Below, in pieces: positions 49,902 to 60,200 of a stretch of DNA of 64,000 nt. The translations under genes and the position numbers were made by a program. Position 1 is the first letter of the stretch. Every line of letters begins with the position of its first letter. The notes beneath the pieces were generated by a model, which was not told the DNA's origin, did not search any database, and saw only the letters and a list, made by a program, of their open reading frames with translations. This DNA comes from Klebsormidium nitens (lineage: Eukaryota; Plantae; Klebsormidiophyceae). The stretch covers positions 82,228 through 146,227 of the forward strand of contig DF237152.1 in NCBI GenBank assembly GCA_000708835.1, read 5' to 3'.

Positions 49902-51255
49902 CTGAGATGGACTCAGATTCCGCAATGACTGACGAGCTAACAAAGTGTGCCCTTGGGTGAATGAAGGGAAGTTGTTTGTTTGTACACAAGCCACACGTGT
50001 CGAGAATCCCGCACTCACTCTAGCGCGCGTCCCCCTGTGGCCGCCTGCCATGGGCTTCCTGTGTACATATATTCTGAATTCTATCCAATAGACACATCCA
50101 CAAAAGATGCATGCAAAGTTGGTAGTGAGTCGGATATCAACAATCGCACTTTAGGTCCGGATTCTCTGATAGGGTTCCTAGTTGTTATCCGGTCGGACTT
50201 GAACAGCCGTAGTGCCAACAAATTATCATGCGTTTGTCCACGGTTGCATTTAAGGGCGTTAATCATTTAGAAGTTGCCACCCGGGTTGCTATGTTTTTCA
50301 TGTGCTCAACCTTGAACCTGCTCGAAGGAGTATTCGTAATTTTGAACATTTTGGCATTTCTTAGTGCCATCTTTCTGAGAGCACTTGTCATAAACATTCT
50401 GGCAACACCCGGCACTGTATCCAATTCAATCAATTTGGTGTGGCCATAGCCGACCAGACCGAGTTGTGTCGCCCCTTACAACATGCCATGCATGGCCGAA
50501 AATATATATCTTCGCAGAGCTAGATGAAGGGTCCAGACTCCAAGCCATGCAAAAGCTATCGTCCGTTGATACATAGAGTTTCGGATAGGCTTTGCCCGAT
50601 AGGTCATGATATAGGGTAATCATTGTATAAAATGAGTCCAAGTTTACATATAGCACTTTCACGAACTTCAAAAAAATTGCGTGGCGGCCATGAGAAGCCT
50701 ATAGCTATGGCCTATTTGGCTACGCGCGGTGTATTTGAAACTAGAGACCCGGATAGGTTATGTCCTATAGCTGAACTTATATGCTCGCATCATGCAGTGC
50801 CCGGCAAAATTACTGCATTGGGGCCCTACATCATAGGAGCTGCATGCTATGTTGCTGAGCACTACAATGCATAGGTCTTAGCACAGCATGTGCACATGTG
50901 CATTTGCAGTAAATCTAAAAGTAAAGTAGCCATGCAATCTTTGGCACATGTGTAATGGTCAGTTGGCTGCTCGACTTACCAGTACCTATTTTACTAAAAT
51001 GTTGTGCAAATATATGCGTATGTTCAATTGTGCCTCGATCGGACCACACAATGAGTACACCATACGTTGTGGTTTTCAATTTGACCATAACCTCTCTAAT
51101 CGTGTTGTACCTTTTCTCTTATTTAGGAAACCTGTAGTGATTGAGCTAGTCTCGACAACCTACTGGCCAACCTCTACTAGTGCAATTTGCCTAGCAGCGG
51201 GCTCTACAAAAACCATGAATATGCAATTTCTTTTCGGTTTCTCAGATACCAATTG

Positions 51256-54200
51256 TTACAACCCGTCGATCCATTTCAACGTTCTTCGCTGTGCAGGATG
51301 CTGCTTAAAGTACATACATTTTGAGAGCAGTCTTTCTAGTTGAGCCTTCCGTACTGGCTTAGACAAGTACGAGATCATCCCCGCTTCTCGACACTCTTTT
51401 TCAATATCGTTCCCCACGTCTGCAGTCAGGGCTATAATCATAGGCTGCCGCTCTTCTGGGAAGTCGGCCTGGACAAGACAAGAAGGGAGGCCTGAATACG
51501 CATCCATTTCAAAAACGTTCACAGAAGAAGGATCCATTCAGAAAGCTTGCTGGCTTCAAGAAAGTCTCCTCGACAGTAACTCAGGAGCGTTTGGTTGCCA
51601 AGGAGAATCACCAAGTTCTACGAACCAAGAAGCAATCTAGTGTACATTTAAGATATATTTTCAGCCTTTCAGAAATGTTTGCACCGGGACCTGTCCTTTT
51701 GAACTATCTGCTTTCGTCAAGGTTTACAAGAGCTCTCAAGCGGACGAGATACTCACCTTTATCCGTGTGGTGGCTGTCAAGCCGTCCATCTCTGCACCAA
51801 TCAAAACAAGTGTGTGAGCGAGTTCTTGAGAACTGGTACTTTTTTCACACCTGAGAATTCTTTCACACAAGAGTTTGCTACTTACCCGACAGCTTCAACT
51901 CAAAACCCTGAGATAAAAGTTTGGGTGTCCAGCCTAACCAGCCAACTAACCCACCTGTCTCCTAGGCACCTATCTTGCAATGAAATATGTCTTCCAAGTA
52001 TGTTGACAGGAACTACATACTCTCTCCTAGATACTCTCTCTCGCGACCAGAATGCCTTACAGTGGGACTCGTTAGCAGGCAGGGGCAGGAAGGTGGGCAG
52101 GAGGAGATCACCTATCAGCAGTTTTTGGCATGCAACCGAACGGTTCGAAATGTCCACCAATCTGGACTACGATGCCTTGAGAAAGCCAATGTCCCCAACG
52201 GTGTCCAAGAGGGTTTCCGAACTGATGTCCTGAATCCTGTCCAAGACTGGGTCCAAAAGAATTGTGTCCAAAAGTGTTCAAAACGGTGTACTCATGGTGT
52301 CCAGAAAGAGTACTCATGGTGTCCAGAAAGAGTCCAAAAACGGAGTCGAAAAAATGGTGCCCACAAAAGCGAGTGCTTGATCGGCAAGTACAGATGCACA
52401 ATCTGTCCTTGCAAAGAAAAAGGAAGACAGCGCATATATACTGGATTACAGAATCCGAAACCGGCGTTCGCACCTGGCATCTGGACGTCCATCAGCACGA
52501 CGTCCGCCGTGTGCTCTTTCAGCAGCTGCAGCACCTCTAGCCCGTTGCACGCCGTCCGAATGTCCTCATAACCCAGCGACTTCAGCACTTTGTGGAGCAC
52601 CTTCTGGTTGACCAAGTTGTCTTCGACGACGAAGATTTGGAGCGGGACGTCGTGCGGCGGGGGGGTGCCGTTTGCGGGCAGAGCGGAGGGGGAGGTGAGC
52701 GGCGCCGCGGGGCTCTCGTTGGCGAGCGTTTGCAGGAGCGTGGTGTAGAAGGGGTTGATGCGCACCGGCTGGGAGACGCAGATGACGCGCTCCTGAAAAG
52801 ATTGACACCAGATTGTTTTACGAGCGGTACTGCTAGAGGGAAAGGTGAGCTGGTGTCAAGCGGATGGGGATGGGGTGGAACATACACATGACGCAGTCCT
52901 GACACAACGATTCTCAGGAAGCGGCCACTCTGGCAATCGGCTGGAATGGTGTCAAGTGGTTACGCGAGCGCTGGGAATGCAGAGGTCGCTCCCAGAGGGA
53001 AGGCTTGATTGGGGTCTCTTCACAAGCCAATGGGCAGACTTCGACAGTATCTCTGGATCTGGACATGAGCTGTGACGGAATGAAATTCGGATGCGGGTGG
53101 GTTTTGGAAGCACGGATATAACTCGTGTGGAGGACCGGGAGGAATGGTTGATTATTTTGGATTGGCGATCACAAAGAAGAAGCGCGTTGGAACCAGTACT
53201 CGATATAAGTAAGTTCTCGAACGTTCAAAGACAAGTTCCAAATCCTGTGAGTCCGGACTTCTATTGGCCCCTTTCCAAGTCTTCGGAAGAAAAGTGCGCA
53301 AAGCGACACCGCCAAAAGGAGGAAAGAACGAAACCCACAAGCGATAGCACTAGCTAAAGGCAACCCAGATTCGGAAGCAAGCCAACGGGCGCCTCTCCGA
53401 CCCCTGTCACAACTCACCATGGCTTCCATGTCGAATTGGAACACGTTCCGCGTGTTCTTTGACGTCAGCAGCACAGTCGGGATCCCGCGCCCCAGCGCGC
53501 ACGCGCGGTGCATCAGCTCGATCGCCTCCCGGCTTTCCGCCATCAACGCTTCCAGCTTTCTTGTGTCAAACACGCGCCCCGCAACTGGGCTGTCCACAAC
53601 GAAAAGGTCGAAACTCCTCCCCTGATCGACGTCCATTCGTTCTAACCTGCCCCCCCACCCGTTTGCACTAACCCCCTGCCGTTTTGCACTAACCCCCTCC
53701 CCGTATGTACTTACCCCCTCCGTGTTTCCACTAACCCCCTCCCGGTTTGCGCTAACCCGCTCGCCAGCCCCCGAGGTCGAAGCTTCAACCGACGCGTCTG
53801 CTTCTGAAACAGAAACTTCCACCCCCCGCCCGCCGGCGAGCGCTTCCAACTCCTCGACGGAAGTCGCAACGGAAACGTCCAACCCCCACGCCCGGAGCAT
53901 TGACCCGACCATTCGGTGAAAGGCGCCCCGCGTGCCTACGAGCAGTGCCTTTTTCCCGACGATTGCGGTCGAGGGCCGGTGCAAGATCTCCTGGGGGGAC
54001 AGGCTGCGCCCGGTGGAGGGTTGCATGGAACCGCGCGCGGTGATCGTCACGAAGAACGTGCTCCCGACGCCTTCTTCGGACTCGACCCACATCTTGCCGC
54101 CCATGCGCTCCGCCAGGTCCTTGCTGATCGCCAAACCGAGACCCGTTCCTGCAAAGTTCATACTAGGATTAGAAGGAACAAGGAAGAGGACGTCCGATTG

Positions 54201-57200
54201 GGTGGAGAATGCAGCTTCGATGCCAGGCCCGGAGCCTAAGCAGGCGTTTGCTGATGGCCAATCCGAGACCCATTCCGCAAAGTTTGGAACCGAGTTTAGC
54301 AATGAGGAAGAGGAAGAGTGCGCATCTGACTAGGTATTCGAAGTTTGCACGTAATTCGAAGACAGGCTCAAGGCCTGTGCAGGCCCTTGCTAATGGCAAA
54401 CAGAGACCAGTGACTGTAAAGATTCACACAACTTGGGACAAGGAAGAGCACACGTCTGACTTGGTAGTAACCGCAGCGCCCTGACTTGATGCCAGGTGCA
54501 AGCCTGTGCAGGACCTCGCATACAAATCAAGTCAAGCCCAGTCCCTGCGATCTGGAACTACTCCGAAAATCTCAAGTGAAATGAAGGAAGTCTGCAGCGA
54601 GACGCTAGGACCCACCTGTGCAGGCCCTCGCTACTGACCAAAGCGAGACTGCAAAGGTCCAAAACGAAATAGAAGGAACAAGGCAAAGCCTGGCTACCGC
54701 CAGAAGCGGTTGTCTCACTCAGGCCGAAGTAGACTGGCTTTACACAGGCAGATGTGACGACCCACCTTCGTACCGCCGTGTCCGCGAGTTGTCGCACTGC
54801 GTGAACGCCTCGAACAGCATCTTCTGGAATGTGACCGGAATCCCTATCCCCGTATCCCGCACGGCGATCGTGATCCGATACTCCGGCAAGTCTCCGCTTT
54901 CGTCAAATCCTGTGCCGGACGGAGCCCCCCCCCGCGGCGAGAGGGGGCCGTCAAAGCCCTCCTTGGACAGCTGTCGCCGGAGGCGCTTGGCGGAGACGGA
55001 GACCTCGACCTCGCCCCCCTCGTCGGTGAACTTGGCGGAGTTGCTGAGCAGGTTCGTCAGGATTTGGCGCAGGCGCACCTCGTCGGCCCAGATCCAGCTG
55101 GAAAAAAGGGAGGGGGGGAACGTATCTGCAAAAGCGGTAGGCTAGGTCGACATCGTAATGTCAAAAGCGGGGGAATATGCTGATTGTAGCAGCGGAACGG
55201 GGGTAAGAGGTCGTATCAGGAAAAGGCGAAGGGACCCTGGAGTCAGCAGTGGAGGGAACAAAGGGTCAGGGAAGCATACGCCGATAGACTGTTTGTCCGG
55301 TGGGTTAGCCGGACGGGTTAGCAAGATAAGAGACTTACGAACCAGGAATATGCTGAGCTCTTAAAAGCTGATTTCGCAAGATACGGAGTAAAGAAAGTAA
55401 CGTATTCGGCGCAGGAGGCAGATCCACTAAGAAGGTGGACACCCTGATGCTGCACGTCAAGTCTCACAAACAACAGGAGTCATTCCACTGAGTTCCCCAT
55501 TCCTGGGTCCCGTGCCAACAACACAATCCGTCATGACGTTCTCGCTGGTAGTTCTTTACCTCAATCTGCCAACCGTTCGTCCGTCAGCCTCTGAATACGC
55601 ATGTCTCCTGGCAAATTGCTCCTCGCACGCCAATTCACTCCGCTCAAAAAAGGCTCCGTTCCGAAGTCCAAGAATTTCTTCAAGAAACTGAAAGGAACCC
55701 TCGACCCAGCGCCGGGAATGTATTGGCTCACTCTGGCACGCTCTCGTCCATGTTGTAGGAGAGGTAGAGGCCCTTGTTTTCGCACTTGAGCACCAGCATC
55801 TCCATGCAGAAGTCGAGGCAGCCCCACAGGTTGAACTCCGAAGCTTTGAGCTCCATCTTGCCTGCGTCCATCTGCAGAACGCAACGGAGGGACGTTCAGA
55901 CAGGAGCACACATGCTCTGGTTACGGTAGCCAAGTCACAGGTCAGATTGGCAGGAACGCTGAAGGCTATGTATTTTTCTCCCAAGCCTATTCAAACCTGT
56001 TGTGATTTGTCCAGGTCCGTTTCACTGACCAAAGTTCGTGGACCCTCCCTCCGATGCCCCACAAATGATGCCCCCCGGAGGACTGGAAAGTCTACATGAT
56101 AGCCTCCCCCACAGTTGCTGATCAACTCCGGTGTTGGAGCAAGCAGCTCAATGAACGCACTATCGTCGAAGTCGGCAACTTCCAGTCAATCAAAAGCGAC
56201 TCAGCCCAACCAAACCCTCAGAGCTTTACGAGCCAACAGTCGCCCTGATCCAAAATGCTCGAGAATATCAGAGTTGAAAGCTCGCCCTGCCTACTTCCAA
56301 GGTCGTGGGAAGCTCTGACAATTCGCGTACCCCAGGAACCCCTGAGATCCCACAACTTCAGTACGTGGAAACCTTGGAAGTCTGAAGACCGCTATGACAA
56401 ATTTTGAAGGCCGAAAACCATGGCTTTCTCTAAGTCGAAAAACCCCTAAAACCGTGGAACAACTCACCTTGCTGAAGTCCAAGATGTCGTTGATGAGGCT
56501 GAGCAGCTGCTGGCCCGAGCCCTGGATCATCTGGGACAGCTCACGCTGTTCGTCCGTGAGTGACGCCATGTCCGTCAGCAGCTGACTGCACGCCAGGATG
56601 GCGTTCATGGGCCTGCAGAAAAACAGAGGGCTCTCAGAACTAGGGCATTAGTAAAGCTGAGTTCGGTCAGAGCAGCCAGGACGGACCGAGCACGCAAGGA
56701 GATGCAAACAGAAAGGCTGGGAAGGCATGTATGGGTCTGGGCGAGGTGGGACTTAATGGAGAAGAGGGCAAGCATGGATAATGAGGTGGCAAGCAACCGG
56801 GCAAAAGAGAAGTGAAGGGGGACGGACATTTAGCGAGCTGACGAGGGCAGTTGTGACTTTGATATAGTGGTGGCCTGTGAATTACTGAAACTCAATGTTG
56901 TGCTTCGCAGCCACCGTGGTGCTTGCTGAACGCCCCGGTCGAAAGTGGTCGAGACAACGCACTCTTCCCTAATCAGTGCCTTTCCTATGAACGAACAACC
57001 GTTTAGCCTACCCAGAGGATGTCAGCAATCAGGCGCAACCGCTCTGCCAGGCTTTCCCGTTTCCAGAGGCGCAGAGAGAATTCTTTTTGCAAACAAGAAT
57101 TTGCAATCTAGTGCTGCTTTATATCCGGACCGAAGTGTCAAGCTATATAACCATCAAAGAGGCCAACAAATCGCAACTTAAAAGTGGGCGTCGGATTAGC

Positions 57201-60200
57201 ACCTTACAGAGTTTCAGTTCTGAAGAAGGCTGGAGGGATGCTCGAAAAAGCCAACTGTGAAACATCAACTTGGGTTTCCACAACGTGTATGTTCAGGTCA
57301 CTGCATTCGTAAGTCCAGAGGGCCACATCAGGCAACACGGGGGATTGCAAAACTCACGTCCGGATCTCGTGGCTGATGTTGGCGACGAAGGAGCGCTTGG
57401 CGCGCACAGATGCTTCCGCCTCTAGTTCCTGTAGCCGAATAGCTTCCAGCTCGAGCTCCTTCTCCTTGCGCAACGTGCAGTCGGAACATATGCCGAAGTA
57501 GTACCTAAACATTCAGGAGTGATGTCATCGGTGAGAAAGGTGTGACGTCAACAAAGCTGGTCGTGTCGTGCTTCGGACACTGAAGCCAGACGGGCCAACC
57601 GACTGAGTAGAAGAAGTGCAAAGGACAGAAGCTGGTTGACTCGACACCTACGACAGACAAGTGACTCCTAACTTTTGAAAGTTTCTGTCTGCTGATGTAA
57701 CTGATGATCCTTGTGCAACCGCAGAATTCCCGCTTCCGCTTGAGTAGTGGCCCCATGCTGAAGCGCTGTTTCAAAACCCCTACTTTTGATCCGAAACAAG
57801 GAAACCTCCTAAAACGTCCGCGCACCTGCTGCTGATGTCAGCGGGGCCGTCGCCCCCGAAAGACGTCCCCTTCGGAAACACCACGGGACGTATCCGGAGC
57901 CAGTTCCAAAACGGCGTGCCATCCTTCCGGTAGTTGAGGATCTCCACCGATGCGGAGCTCCCCTCTTGGCAGGCTGCGGCAATCAGCTGCTTTGCCTTTA
58001 TGTCGGTCAATGGGCCCTGCAGAGAAACAGAGCAGATGCTCGGTGTCAATATGGGAAGGGTAGAATCCAAGGGTGTATTTTTATCAAAATGACGCTTGCC
58101 ATTCGAAAGTGACTCAGTAGCCGTCATTGTCGGATGAACGATTTTGAAAGGGGTTCTGAGGACGGACGAAGAGCTGCCGAGGATACTTACGTAAAACAAA
58201 CAAGCGTAGCATGCGAATCAAGCAACGGCAACAATAGTCGACAAAGCGAAACATGCAAACATGCAAACATGCTGAATCCGCTTGCAACCCAAGTCAACCT
58301 CTTCTGATCTGAACTTGACATGGCCTTCATTGGTTAAATTTCCAAGATCTTCACGTTTCCTTTGAAGTTCTCGTGGTTGCTAAGTCTCCTTCACGCGACT
58401 CGAAACACCAGAAAGAGTAACCACAGGCGAAGGTATTGGCTCCCTCACTACAAGCAAGATTCGGTGAGCTCACCTCTAGCAGGCTGCCGCAGTGCAGCCC
58501 GAGAACGTCTTGAATGGAATATCCGGTGATCGTCTCCCACCCCTCGTTCACAAACACAATCGGCTGCCCCTTTTGGGACACGTCACACAGCACCAGCCCC
58601 TCGCTGAACGCGTCTGCAAGCGTAATAATATCCGATTTGAGAGAACGTAATCGAAAATCAAAGGGGCCCGTGCGCATGAAAGTGCCCTTCTAGAGCTACT
58701 GAAGTGGAGATATTTGCTCCGTTGAGAGACGTGGAGAGAAAGGTTTTGAATCGAATCAGCAGGTCTGAATATAAGGCAGCAGGTCCGAGGACTAGTCGGA
58801 AGAACGGGCTCCAACCCTTCGCTCACAAAACCCCAAGCTGAGTATGGTCTGCACATTGTCATTCGGAACACCGGTCCTTCCTCTCACGTTTGGTTGGTCG
58901 ACAGCCTTCTCCCCAGACAGACAACTCCTTTGCCACAACTCCCGTCCTGTTGCATCCTCTTGGATAAGGAATCGAAAGTGATTTCAGTCCTCGAGAAGGG
59001 AACTAACCAATGGCCTGCAACAAGCCCCGTTTGTCCTCCTCGAACCTCTCAACTTGCAACCGCTGCAACTCCAACGCCCGCGTGTGCTTCTCGATTTCCT
59101 GCGTCCGAGAAGAGCAAGTTCAGACGCTGCCTGAACAGACGGACAATTTGGACCTTATCCGAGGTCTGAAACAGCTATACTTCAGCAGATGACGGATGCA
59201 AGGTCCCGTTTTCTACCTGCAGATCTAGCAGCCCTTGCGACCTACACCTAGACCTAGAGACCTAGCAGATTCGTAGTGGGCGTCCATATCAAACACACTT
59301 GTTATTTGGACAGACAGAGGGCGGAAAGGAAGAGCTTTCTCGGCAACATCAGAGCGCTTTGACAGGCAAGAGGGGGATTTGTGAACCCACCAAGACAACC
59401 AGCTGCGCCAATGAAATCAGCATCTCCTGCTCTTCCGCGGTGAACTGATCCCGTGGCTCGAAATCAATTATGCACCTGTGCAGTGAGTAAAATATGGCGA
59501 CTGTGATTGGCAGAAGACGACAACAGACAGCAAGCCGAAAGGTCAGTGCTTGCGAGTCAGCTCAGAGAAGACAAATGAAACCCGGGTTTCATTATGGTTG
59601 TAAACCTGGAGAGAACTCATTTGAAGCACAATGCTGACTGTTCCAACGGCCTCTGACTTTCGAATAAGTGTGTTCTCTTGCAGAGCGCCTTGCTCGTAGT
59701 TCTTAAGAAGGACAACACCATGGTCGACAGAGTCAATGATCCATCTACTTAATCCAGCTTCATTGCAGGCTTCATTCTTGCACTTAGGAAGAAATCAAGA
59801 AACGCAGGGGTAAACGCTCACAGTGAGCCCAGCACAAAGTTGCCTTGCGTGACCAGGGGAGCGCCAGCATAAAACCGTATGTGGGGCTCCCCAATGACCT
59901 GCAAACAGGACCGAGAAAATCGTCACAAAACTCACGTCTGACCACATTTTAGGAAATCAATCAGTGCGGAGGCAACCCCACTACAATATCTGCAGCTTGA
60001 TGGCCAGTCGGGATGGGCGGGATTGGGACTAGTCCTTGTCAGCTGTCGGTACCGACCCCAAATGCAGGACCGTACAAGCACGCAGATCCTCCTGTGTGTT
60101 CTGGCGCACAAGAGGCTGCTTTCTACAGATTTTAGCTCCAGACAACCTGCAGATTGTTCAGGAACGACTCTGATCAAAGCGCGGGCCAACAATGGGCAAG

